Source: Owenia fusiformis (lineage: Eukaryota). Taken from it: DNA of 64,000 nt. How positions within the stretch are numbered: position 1 is the first letter of the stretch; each line of letters begins with the position of its first letter. The translations under genes and the position numbers were made by a program. The notes below the pieces were generated by a model. It had not been told where the DNA came from. It ran no database searches and worked only from the letters and a program-made list of their open reading frames with translations. Location: the NCBI GenBank assembly GCA_903813345.2, contig CAIIXF020000001.1:21080001-21144000 (forward strand), in the 5' to 3' direction. Positions 26,029-39,500 of the stretch are shown piece after piece.

Positions 26029-28826
26029 TTATTATGTCCCCACCACATAGTGTGGGGCCATATCGTTGGTTTAGGCATGTCCGTCTGTCTGTACGTTCAA
26101 CAGTTTTCTCCAAAACCGCTACAGATATCATCTTAAAATTTACCGGGGTAACTTTTGGGTACATACAGATCTGGTAGAAAAAATTTCGACTTGATACATA
26201 CTTCTGTATCATCTTCAACTCACTTCATTCTAGATCTGATAAGATTTTGGACATGTTGGCTCAGTCATGGCAGCCATTTTGAATGTCTTAAGAAAAGTCA
26301 GTGAGTGATAATACTTGGTACCATATCAATATGGTGTTTTTGAGTTTTCATTATTTAGTAGCTTCATAAATAATTCCAGGTATCTTGCATTGTAAAAGCC
26401 CATGTCACTTTTGACATTAGTTGTATACGATGATTTTGTCAGAAAAAATTGGCAAAAATTTATATCTGCTTTTTTATTGGTGGCCATTTTTGGATTTTCT
26501 GTTGTAGAATTTTGTCTGTAAAGTCTTGTCAACATGTTTCCAGGCTAACCGTTTCATGGATCAATTTCAAGTTTTCAGGGATGATTCTTAGTGTGCAAAT
26601 CACGAATAGATTAGTTTTTGGGCATTCTGCATAAACGTTAAGGCGGCTATTTTGGATTTTTCTTCATAAAATCTTGTATGTCAAGTCTTGTGTACACATT
26701 TCCAGGCGAAACATTTTATGGATCGATTTCAAATTTTCAGGGATGATTCCTTGAATGAAACTCTTGACCTAATTATCCCATTGAATAAAGTTCGGAGGGA
26801 TATAGGGAACGCCTCCGTCTGTCTGTCCGTACGTACGTACGTCTGTCCATCCGTCCGTCCGGGCAATAACTCAAATACCATTGGCCCGATTTTGTTCATA
26901 TTTTGTACACATACGCCCTATGGGGGTAGAAGTTCTGCTCGAAAGCCGATTTTCAAAATGCCGCTCGTTTCAAAATGCCGCTCGTTCAAAATGGCGGCCA
27001 TTTTAGTGATGAATTTACAGTAATTTAGGTACAATATGTTAATGTTAACATATGTACAATATGTTAACTGTATTAGCAATGTGTTTTAAATGTAAAGAAG
27101 TTATATAAGACATAATAAATCTAAAAATGTAGATATTTAAGAAACATTTGGCAGCCATCTTGAAAAATGGCGGCTTTTACATGCTATTTTACGATTTTTG
27201 CTGTAACTTGAAAAGTAGTGGTGCGATTTTATTCATATTTGATATGTGAATACTCCTAAGCATAGCACACTTTTTATGACACTTTGGCTAGAAGCCGGCT
27301 ATTTTGAAAATAAACGCCATTTTTATGTGGGTTATTTTACGTTTTTTACTATAACTCACAAAGTTATAGAGCGATTTTGTTCATATTTGATATGTAAATA
27401 TTCATAAGCATGGCACACTGTTTTATGACACTTTGGCTAGAAGGTGGCCATTTTTACGTGTGTTATTTTACATTTTTTACTATAACTCAAAAAAAGTAAT
27501 AGAGCGATTTTGTTCATATTTGATATGTGAATACTCATAAGCATGGCACACTGTTTAATGAAACTTTGGCTAGAAGGTGGCCATTTTGAAAATGGTGGCC
27601 ATTTTTAAGCATGTGTTATTTTTACAAATTTTGCTATATCTGATAACGTAGTAGAAGGATTTTGTAAAAATGACAGCCTTGGCTGTTTGATGGGATTTGC
27701 TACGCTTTGCTGTTATCTAGTTAGTTTTTGAGCATTCTTGGTAAATGTTAAGGTGGCCATTTTGGATTTTCTGTCCTAAAATATTGTCTGTAAAGTCATG
27801 TCTACTACGCATTTCCAGGCGAATTGTTTGACGGATTGATTTCAAATTTTAAGGGATGATTCTTTATATGATAATCTCGAACTGATTAGCTTTTGGGCAT
27901 TCTTGGAAAATATCTGGGCCACCATTTTGCATTTTCATCCTAAAATTTGTCTGTAAAGTCTTGTGTACGTGTTTTAAGGCGAACTGTTTGGCAGATCAAT
28001 TTCAAATTTACAGGGATGATTCTTAGTATGCTAATCCCGAAGTGATCAGTTTTTGGGCATTTTGCGTAAATGTTAAGGTGACCATTATGGATTCTTCATC
28101 CTAAAATCTTGTATGTAAAGTCTTGTTTATGCCTTTCCAGGCGAAATGTTTTTTGTATCAATTTCAATTTTTTGTATGGAAATCTTGACCTGATTCGTTT
28201 TTGAGTATTCTGGGTAAATGTTAAGGTGGTCATTTTGGATTTTCCATCCTAGAATCTTGTCTGTAAAGTCTTGTCTATGCATTTCCAGGCGAACTGTTTG
28301 ATGGATCGATTTTAAATTTTCAGGGATGATACGTTGTATGCAGATCTCTGATTACTTTTTGGGCATTCTGGGTAACTGTTAAGGTCGCCATTATGGATTT
28401 TTCATCCTAAAATCTTGTCTGTAAAGTCTTGTCTACTCATTTCCGGATGTAGTTTTTTTACTGATCAATTTCAAATTTTCAGGGAAGATTCTTTGTATGA
28501 AAATCTTGACCTGATTAGTTTTTGAGCATTCTGGGTAAATGTTAATGTGGTCATTTTGGATTTTCCAACCAAAAGTCTTGTCTGTAAAGTCTTTTGAAGA
28601 ACTGTTTCATGGATTGATTTCAAATTTTCAGGGATGATTCTTAATATATGATAATCTTGAATTGATTAGCTTTCGGGCATTCTGGGGAAATATCAAGACT
28701 GTCATTTTGGATTTTTTATCTTAAAACTTTGTCTTTTTAACTGATTAAGGTTAGCCATTCAGGATGAAAAAAATCTATTGGGAATACCCATTGGTGGGGA
28801 CATGTTGTACACATTTGTGTCCTTGT
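26029..28826 (+). mobile_element. HINE family B copy 3 (about 160-bp repeats) hosting a nested HINE A
   Basis: subTIR atgtccccacca (26034-26045) / tggtggggacat (28792-28803), 5' stem-loop, gtccgtctgtct microsatellite, 3' hairpin acaca-tt-tgtgt. Borders are confirmed by the empty site in the duplicate copy. Confidence 0.85.
26773..27722 (+). mobile_element. HINE family A copy 2, nested
   Basis: Collinear with 819-1881; inserted at the TT of the host repeat gacct(g/a)att^agtttttgagc. Confidence 0.85.
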
Positions 28827-28837
28827 AAAAGTATGTA

Positions 28838-29404
28838 CAGGGTGTTTCATATGTATGCACCCCCTCTAAACTCATACATGTAGCATTACCACCCTATCAT
28901 GTTATATATCATTTTGTTTGTTATGAAAAGTTACATAAGATTGCAAAGTTTCACAATCAAGTGGTGTCGCTGGAAAAAGATATAGTGTGTACAATGTATC
29001 AAAGTATGGGTACATGGTCCTTTATGAGCATTATTGGACCCAGTTCTGTGATCTGTTCACTTTGTCCATTACCCATTTTTAATGAAAAAGGTGGAACCAT
29101 GGTCCCTGGCTTCCCTATTAGCCACTCTATGAATCCTGTCTATATATCTTTGTGAATAACTGTCACAGACATGTGGACTGAACACTGTCATGATGGTAAC
29201 AGCTAGAAATGTGCTATACGGAAACTAAATTTTTCCCGTACCTACATCCTTTGATACATTCTTTTTTTCAAGGACACCCCTGGATTCTGAAACTTTGCAA
29301 TCTTATGTAACTTTCAATTGAGAATCAAGTGATATATAACATGATATGGTGACAATGCTATATATATGATTTTAGAGGGGGTTGTATACATATGAAATAC
29401 TCTG
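28838..29404. mobile_element. Long-TIR Tc1/mariner-type MITE
   Basis: ta|cagggtgtttcatatgtatgca..ccccctctaaa ... tttagagggggttgtatacatatgaaatactctg|ta; imperfect arms longer than 100 bp. Confidence 0.8.
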
Positions 29405-30583
29405 TAGATACTGACCAAAATTTCTGATTAAATAAACATAGCCAGCTATCGGAAATTAGTGAGAGGGAAGTAGATGATTTCTGCTAGAAACTGAATTAAT
29501 CTGCAAGAATTATTTTTTCAACAGAAAGTGTATAAATAAAACACTAAATGAATAGGTACAAGAAGTGGTGCACTATGATTTTTTAACTGATTATCTTCGC
29601 AAGTGAGAGATCTATTTACAAAGGCGTGATATTACTAGTGTGCAAAAATCCTTTTGCTTTAAAATAAGTAGCCTATTGGACATCTACAGGACATGTTTTA
29701 AAAACTAATAGATGTCGTTATCATCAGTAAATGAATGCCATTACTGTTTGTAAATTTGTTCAAAATGTAATAGTGAGTAATGCGGGAGAGTAATTTTAGT
29801 TTACTCCCCTCCCCTTTCAATCACTGTTCGATTTTAATTTTTTTATAATATATTCTGACTAATTTTGATAAAACAGCAATGGCATTCATTTTGCGATGAT
29901 GATGTCATCTATTGTATTTAGAACTCATCTTGTAGACATCCACTGCTTGATTTATAACAAAACGATTGATTTCTGCATGTTGGTGATGTTGCGCCTTTTT
30001 TAAAATATATCTCACACCTTAGAATCTTATCAGCTCAAAGAACGTAAAACACCTTACTGATTTTACCATATTGTGTACCTATTCATTCAGCAATTTATTT
30101 GTAAACTTTCTGGTGAAAAGGTAAATCTTGCAGATTTGTTTAATTTTCTGGCATTGCCCCTTCAACCATTTTTGATTACTGGGTGTGATAAAGGGGAAAA
30201 TATACAAACTGACACAGATTTTTTTCTGTTTTTCAGTTGTCAAGGGAAGGGCATCTGAGGCATTGATGATCGCAAAGTTTATATGCATATACCTTGCGTT
30301 CGTAGTCTCGATCATATATGCATCTGATTTGCGATCTTTCCTACACTTGTTCGTAGCAATTCAGTCTGAACAGAACAACTGTACTTGAAATACTGAGTGT
30401 ACTTTGAGTATTTCCCGTAGAATTGTGAAGCAGTGCACAAATGACGGATTGTCAGAACAGAAAAATTATAGAATTGTGAACAGAATAAATGACGGATTGT
30501 CAGAACAGAAAAATTATAGAATTGTGAACAGAGATTTTGAGAACAAAAAAACTGATAGTGCATAAACATTGTAAATCACAAAT

Positions 30584-33500
30584 ATGAGGGGAAGTGCTGC
30601 CGAAATTTTTCAAAGTGACCTTAGAAACATAAATTTGAGCGAAAGTGCTGTCGAAATTTTTCAAAGTAATCTTAGAAACATGGATGAACTATGTAAAATC
30701 AATGAAAGGCCTACACCCTTGTGTCAAAATAAGTGTTTGCTCTCTGATACTGCATTCATATGTTCAAATAGTCATATGTATGAAAATCTTGCTGCCATAT
30801 CATACGCTACTGGTTCTCCACTTGCAAAACACAACATTGTTCTAACCGAACCTATACCTGATTCTGATATTCCTGATAAGGCGAGACTATTATTACCAGG
30901 TAAAATGTCTAAATCTTTGAAGAAGAGTCTCAGACGATTGACAAAAACAACCAATCAACCGAGTGTGAAATCCCATGGTACTACTGAAAGTGAAGTCAAT
31001 TGTGATTTACTGAAAAGCAATGTCAACATTTTGGATGATATCAAATCTCTCATTGATGAAAACAATACAGTCCTTGGATCAATCTCAAAAATGAACAAGT
31101 TTTATGTCAATAAGATTAGGGGTCAGGAAAAAGCCACCGCAAAGAAATTGAAATCAAACTTGACAAAATCATTGAAAAGACGACGTAATCAGGTAATGGT
31201 GCATTCTAGTATTAAGACCGTATCTAAACAATCCAGTCGTAAACTTGGAAGGAAAAATCACAAATTAATTTCAAAAAAATATAAACATGTGTATGCTGAA
31301 AACCTTACAGAACCAATGTCAAAGAAAGATGAAGTAAAACAACATCATGTCTTAGAGCAGTACTTATCAGACAATTCTTTACGTGTACCAACTATCAATA
31401 TGGAAACCAAGGATTCGAATGATGACACTGAAATTAAATATAAAAGCTTTTCAACAAGAAAAGAACTGAAAAGAGCAAAATATCTGAGTCGTGAATCAAA
31501 TTTTACCAATAAAACAACATCCGAAAACATGCAAGAGACAGAAAATGAGAATCCATACTTCTTAAAAGTAGTCGATGAAATGGAAGATATTTTTAACGAT
31601 GATTGCCCAAGAGTGCCACCCATGAAAGTTGTTTTTGAAAGTGATGAAGAACTTGAAAACACTGAAATTGCAGACTCTCAAACTGGTGGTTACAAGCCTG
31701 AACACCCTAGACATGAATTGAAACATAAATCAAGTGAGAATTCTGATGATATAACAATAATTCAGTCAAAGAAAAGTGGCCCTGTTGGAAATTTCACTCC
31801 TTTACAGAATATGGAAAAACTACAGTTGTGTAACCTTCACAATTTGAAATATTTCACCAAAACCAATGATCCTATACATATTGATGTTGAAATTCGAGAC
31901 ATGAAGCCTAAACAAGAATGCCTAAAGCGAATAACTGGTGATGGCAACTGTTTATTCAGAGCTATATCTTATTGCATCACGAATGATGAGTCCAATCACA
32001 GAGCGATACGGCAGAGAATAGTGGCACATAGAAATGATCAGAATTGCCAAGAATACATCCAGAAAACCAGAGGCTTGTCTCACCAAGAATTGGAATTACA
32101 TATTAAATCAACAAATATGAACAGATCTTCTGTGTGGGGAACTGACATCGAAATAGCTGCCGCCTGTCATTTATTCCAAATGAAAATAATAACCTATGAT
32201 AGAATGAACAGCTGGTCAGTATTTGGCAGAGAGTTTGAAAACAGATGTATATATCTAGATCACTCAACTCAAAACCATTATGATGTCATTACTGATGTGA
32301 TAGGCACAGAGATACTGAAAGTCCATGATATAGTACAGGGAACTATGGCCCAGAATGATGATGTATTTGAGGATATAGGTGGAGGCAAACAATGTTTCGC
32401 AAATTCTTTGACTTATTTAATGATGTCAGAAAGTGAGGCATATCGCCATATCGATGCTCCATTCATTGACGACGTTCTATACAGAGGCAATGTTCTTTAC
32501 ACAAAAATAATAACGGAAAATCCAACTCCCACTGGCTACCTCAGTATATATGATATTCCAGAAACTGTTAGTTGCAATGATAAGACATTCACATACAGAT
32601 CTACTCCAATACAAGGACAATTGGAATATTGGAACTACGATGAAGATGAACATGGGTTGACAATACACGAAGCTATAGACCAAGCTCTCACTGATCATGA
32701 CTCTTGTCTAGTAACATTCCTTAATACAACAATGTGTGTCACAAAAAGAAAGAAGGGAGACACCACCATGTATTATTCATTCGATCCTCACTGTAGAGAT
32801 AAACAGGGCAGAATTCATGAATTTGGAAAAGCAACTGTTCATAAGTCAAACGTTTTGGAAACCATCACCATGTTAATATGGAACACAGCTGAGTCCTTAG
32901 CAGAATGCATTCAACTCAGAGCAGATACAAAAAACGTTTTTATTGTTGACGCTATAATGCTTTATGAATGTAAAGCTGTGAAACAGTCTACTTTATCGAG
33001 CAAGATTAAATGTCGAAATGATCCAGGAAAGAATGAACCTGAAGAAATGAAGAAATTTGATTGCAAAGTTAAATCAAAATCGACAAAAAGGAAACTAAAT
33101 TTTTCTGAGAAGTTATCAAGTGAAAGTGATTTATTAGGAAAATGCAGTCAAAATGAGCAATTGGGTGAATCAGTGAAGAAAAGGCCATGTAAAGAAAATA
33201 TGAACATAAATCCAAAAATAATTAAAGAAGATGATGATGTGATGAATGTACCAGGTAGTGAGAAAGAAATTTCTATTGGATACTTTATTCCTCTCAACAA
33301 GACACAAAAAATAGAGATTGCTAAACAATTTAAATTGAAGCGTAGAGAAATGCGTGCTGATGCCAAACAAGATATCGAAATACTCCACTCTTTTCCGAAA
33401 CAGAAATCTTTGAAAAAAGTTAAAGATGATGGAGACTGCCTTTTTAGAGCCATTTCATATTCCATGACTAATACAGAAGATAATCACAAACAAATTAGGC

Positions 33501-36500
33501 AACTTATTGTTGATCATAAAAGTGATCCAATTTGCAAACAATACATCACTAAAACCCTTGGAATTACTACAGAAGAATTAGAGAATCAAATAATGAGCAA
33601 AACAATGCATTCAATAGGGACACAGATAGAAATAGTAGCTTGTTGCCATTTGTTTGAAGTCAAAATACTGACTTATAGCTATGATAGATGGACAGTTTAT
33701 GGCGATACATATAATAGACAACTTTACCTCAATCATTCTGGTGAGCTTCATTATGATGTAGTGACAAAAGTTCAAGAAAAACCTATGCAGGCAAGCAATG
33801 CAACAAAAATTCATACTGAAGAAAGAACCAGTTCTGACTCATCAACACCCGAAATATCTCAATTAAGTAGAATAATGGAATTAGGTAGTCTTGAAACTGG
33901 TTTTTACAAAAAAAGCTCAAATATTTCTCCAGTAGAACCTAAAACTCCAAAGTGTTCAAAGAAGGAATTAAGACGAAAAGCAAAGAATTTGAAAATAAAA
34001 CAGGAATATAATGAAAACAAAGATGTCTCTGAAAATAAAAAAGAACATCAAAGAATGACATACAAAGTATCAGAAGATTATAAAGAAAGTAAAAAAAAGG
34101 AAAGTAAAATAAATTATAAACAAACACCAGAAAAGCTTAAGAAATATATGAAAGAGTACCAAAGAAATAAATATGACACTAATCCTGAGTTCAAAGAGAA
34201 ACAGAAACAATGGATACGCACAGAATATGACATGAACCCTGAGTTCAGAAAAAACCAAAAAGAATCCATGAAAGAATATGAAAAGAGAAAGTATGAAACC
34301 AATCCTGAGTTCAAAGAGAAACAAAAGCAACGTATTCGCACAGAATATGACTTTAACCCTGAGTTCAAAGAGAAACAAAAACAACGTGTTCGCACAGAAT
34401 ATGACATTAACCCTGAGTTCAAAGAGAAACAAAAACAACGTGTTCGCACAGAATATGACATTAACCCTGAGTTCAGAGAAAACCAGAAAGATTATATGAA
34501 AGGATATGAAAAGAAAAGGTATGAAACCAATCCTGAGTTCAAAGAGAAACAAAAACAACGTGTTCGCACAGAATATGACATAAACCCTGAGTTTGTAGAA
34601 AGTCAGAAACAACATAGCAAGCAAGAGTATTTATCCAAGAGGCAGAACCTAAGTGAATTCAGCAATGCTCTTTTAAGATTCAGAAACATTATAAGTGATG
34701 GTCTGACATATGTATGTACAGTGTGTCAAAAACTTTTGTTCAGACACCAAGTTTTGAAATACAGTCAAGACAAACTGAGTGATTCAAAGAATATAAGAGA
34801 AAATGCAGCTAAATGTATTTCTGATACTTATGTGCATAAAAGAAACGATACTTGTCAACCAAATTGTTCATTATGTAATTCGCCAAAAAGTGAAACTTGG
34901 ATTTGCCACAATTGTTTGAGATATCTTAGAAAAGGGGAAATGCCATTGACTGCACACTGTAATAAAATGTCTGTTCCACATGCTCCAGAAGAACTTAAAT
35001 GTTTAAATGAATTGGAACAACATCTTATAGCATTACGTCTACCATTCATGAAAATTGTACATCTACCTAAAGGAGGTCAATTTGGAATGAAAGGTCCAGT
35101 AATAAGTGTAGCAAGTGACATTGTTGAAACTGTAACATCATTACCTCGGCCATTACATGATGAAGAACTCATTCAAGTTAAATTGAAGCGTAAACTCCAA
35201 TATGATGGTCACCATATGTATAAAACAGTATCTATAACAAAAGTTAAGAAAGCACTACTATACTTTGCTGACAATAACCCATTATACCGAACTGTTGCTA
35301 TATCAGATGACTTCCAAAAATGTGTTCCTGATTATTTACTTGATATTAAAGACAGGAATCAAATAACACCACTTAATGACAATGAACAATCAGAACATAT
35401 AACATATTCTAAATCAATATCAAAAATGAATGAAGATGCGGGTGAAGGAAGTAATAAAGACAGTGAAGAAATAGCCAATGAAAGTGTAGGTGTATTATTT
35501 GATACATGTCTCCAACCAGGTAACATTGGCCAAGAAATGTTAGATTTACATATGGATAGTATTTACTCAGTAGCACCGGGTGAAAACAAAAAACCTTTAC
35601 CAATTTTACAAGAACAAAATAATGAAGCAATGTCTTTCCCAACATTATTTCCTGATGGTACTAATACTTTTTCACAAGCACGAATAAAAGATATTAGACC
35701 TGCAAAGTATTTTGGTAATAGATTATTTTCTGCAGATTTGCGTTTCGGCCAAAATTCTCAATATATTTTCTATGCTCAGTATACCTCAGAGTTAAAAAAA
35801 ATTATTGACAATGTTAGTTTCAGTTTGAAAAAAGGCACTCGATCAAAAGCTGATGGTTCAGAACTTAAACTTGATGATATCTTAAACAGAGAAAAGTGTG
35901 AAGCTTTAACCAGAAAAAGTGTTGGATATCATTATCTACAACCGATCAGAGGAACACCACCATTTTGGCAAAGAGAACAAATGAACTTATTTGCTATGAT
36001 AAGACAATTAGGTTCACCGACTTGGTTCTGTTCATTTTCCTGCGCAGATTTACGATGGGATGAATTCATTCTAACAATTCTTAATCAGAATAATGACAAA
36101 CGGTTGCCAACAGAACTATCGAAGACTGAAAAGTGCAATCTTATCCGGGACAATCCTGTGACTGTTGCAAGACTGTTTGATTTCCGCTGGACAAGATTTC
36201 TCAAAGAAATAATTATGTCACCATCTAACCCAATTGGAAAAGTTAAGGATCTTTGGTGGCGATATGAATTTCAAATGCGTGGAAGCCCACATGTCCATTG
36301 TTTGTTCTGGATAGAAGATGCTCCTACTTATGAAAATGCTTCAAAGTCAGAAGTTGAGGAATTTATAGAGAAATATATATCCTGTGAATTACCAGATGAG
36401 GTTGATGATCCAGAATTAAACAACATTGTATCTGAAGTACAAACACACAGTAAAAACCATTCAAAAAGCTGTAAAAAGAAAGGTACAACCTGCAGATTTA

Positions 36501-39500
36501 ACTTTCCAAAGCCTCCATCATCACGAACATTCATTGCCAGTAATGACGACCCAGAAAACGACATGCCTTTGGAAAAAGCTAAAAATATTCTTGTTGCTTT
36601 GAAAGCTCAAATTTTGTCTGATGATTGCTCTGGATTATCATTGGACCAAATATTTGAAAAAGCATGGCCAGGTCTCACACAAGAAGAGTATCAAAAAGCA
36701 CAGAGTACACTCGCAAAAACAAAACAGGTTATTCTCAAGCGCAATGCAAAAGAAATGTGGATCAACAATTATAATGCAGACCTACTCAGAGCTTGGAATG
36801 CTAACATGGACATACAGCATCCAGTTGACATATTTGCAGTTGTCGTCTATATCATATCTTATGTATCCAAAGGTGAAACTGAAATGAGTAAAAATTTACA
36901 AGCTGCATGTGACGAAGCAAAGGAACAGAATGCAAGTGCATCTAAAGCCATGAAAGCAATTGGATATAGATATATGAAACATAGGGAAATAAGTGTGCAA
37001 GAAGCTGTGTACAGGGGAAGCAATATGAAAATAAAGCAAGCTTCGAGAACAGTTGTTTTTTTGCCTGTAGGAAATAATCCAATAAGAATGTCCTTACCAT
37101 TAAAAATATTGCGAATGAAAAAAACAGACAAATTGTTTTTACCGAATATCATTGACAAGTACTTGGGAAGACCAACCACTAATGATTTTAACAGCATGTG
37201 TTTAGCAGAATTTGCCTCTAAGTATTTGCTGTTGAACACTCAAAAGAAAACCCTGGAAACTGAAGATGGTGATGATCAGAATGAAATTTTAGATATTGAC
37301 ACTGGAGATAAAACAAATGAAAATGATGAATGTAAAATAATGAAACTCCAAGGTGAATTGGGATACATACAAAAGAGAACCAAACACTATGCTATTGTTC
37401 GTTATCCAAACTTTTCTAGAGAAAATAACTCTGAAGAATACTTCCATAGTATGCTACAATTATTCATGCCATACAGGAATGAGAATGAGTTCAAACCAAA
37501 TCAATGTGATTCGTATGAAAACTACCTTAGATCGTCAATATTACATAACAATAAAATGGTAAAAATAAGTGATATTGTTGACAAAAACAAATCCATTTAT
37601 GACATAACTGGTGAAAAATTGTCTGATGCTGTAGATAAACTCAATAATGAAGGAACATACGATGACGCATGGGCCAAAATAGCACCAGAACAAGAGCTTA
37701 ATCGCCATGAAAGCATACTTGATAAGGAACCTGATGAAATGATAGATGTGGCAGAAGGAGATATACCAGAGATAGATTATATTGAGAAAAAGGACAAGGT
37801 AAAAAGTGCCACATGTCTGGTAGAATTACAAACAAGTACTCGTAGCACATCCGATATTATGCCATTGTTAAGACAATTGAATTCAAAACAAAAGCAGATT
37901 TATTATATTGTTCGAAAATGGTGTTTAGAAAAAGCTAAATGCTGTTCAGAAGAATGCCTGGGAAAAAATCCTGATCCATTGTTTTTACATATATCTGGAT
38001 GTGCAGGAACTGGAAAGAGCCATTTGATCAAATGTATACATTATACATCAACAAGAATATTTCAAATTTATGGTGATCAAAAATTAAAAAATGCGATTTC
38101 AACTTTATTGACTGCACCTACAGGAACATCAGCATTTAATATCCATGGAAATACAGTCCATAGTGCTTTTCATATAGTAACAAAGAATAAGTCAAAAAGA
38201 GATGGAAAAGATGGTCATTTTAAGTATATACCTTTAACAGAGCAACTGATGGCAAAAGTTAGAGTACAACTTGAGAATCTACAAAACTTGGTTATTGATG
38301 AAATATCAATGGTATCAATTGAGTTATTGAAGTACGTAGATGGTCGTTTGGGTCAAATTAAAAGAACTGATGATAAATTTGGTAATACATCCATCTTAGC
38401 TTTTGGAGACTTTATGCAGTTACCACCAGTTATACAAAAGATACTCCTTAAGGAATACCCTCATATATTTAATCCATTCGATTTATTTAAGAAAATTGAA
38501 TTAACTGAAATTATGCGCCAAAAGGATGACATTGAGTACGCTGAAGTTTTAAGACGAATAAGAGTCTTAAAGAAAACAGAAAAACTGAGTGAGAAGGATG
38601 ACCAATTTTTTAGAAACATTGCACAAAAGAAACCACCAGCAAATTGTTTGAGGGCCTATTCAACAAGAAAACTTAGAGATGGATACAATACATCACGACT
38701 CCAAGAGCTTTGTAAAGCAAATAATAAAGTGATACATCATATAAAAGCTGAAGACTACTTTAAAAGAAATGGACAAACTTGGGAAAAAACTGATAGAGCT
38801 CCCCGATCTTTATCCGAAACATTTGATCCAGAAATAACTCTGTGCGAAGGGGCAAATGTTCTGTTGATTAAAAATGTAGCAGTAGCTGATGGCCTTGTGA
38901 ATGGAGTGTTTGGAATTGTCACACATATTGAATACAAAAACCCACAGGACAACATGCCTCAAGCTGTGTGGGTAAAGTTTAATGATTCAAGAGTAGGACA
39001 AAAATACAAATATGAGCATCCTTCAAGTAAATATCCAGAATCAATTCGAATAGAACCAGCTGAAGATCAAGTAGGGCAGTTTTTAAGACGCCAAATTCCA
39101 CTTATATTATCATACGCTTGCACTATTCATAAACTTCAAGGTGCAACTTGTCAAGAATTGACAGTGTCAATGAAAGGTATGTTTAAAGGTGGGATGGCAT
39201 ATGTAGCATTTAGTAGAGTAACTTCAGCCAAAGGACTCTATATCCTTGATTACGACCCTGCCTTAATTTATTGCGATGCAGACATGATAGCTAATCTTGA
39301 TAGAATGCCTATGTATGACATCCAACCAAATCCCAAGCCTAATACAAATGACCTAACAATTGCATTCCACAACATACAAGGTTTGGTTGCACATATTGAG
39401 GATGCTAAGGTGAACACTGAGTTGCTGTCAAGTGATATAATTTGCTTATGTGAAACTTGGCTATATAGAGATGACACAAGTCCAGTATTATTCTTACCAC

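Larger units (their letters stand above)
24655..30110 (+). repeat. Old tandem duplication of about 800 bp; second copy expanded by insertions
   Basis: Copy 1 (24655-25450) aligns collinearly with 25455-26030, 28827-28837 and 29405-30110. Confidence 0.7.

Noticed and set aside
32330-32960. Endogenous herpesvirus fragment
   Set aside because: The tegument-like domain is in frame within a Helentron protein, and no other viral genes are present.
30645-39477. Short antisense and off-frame ORFs within the Helentron ORF
   Set aside because: Shadows of the main frame and its coding repeats; no independent motifs.
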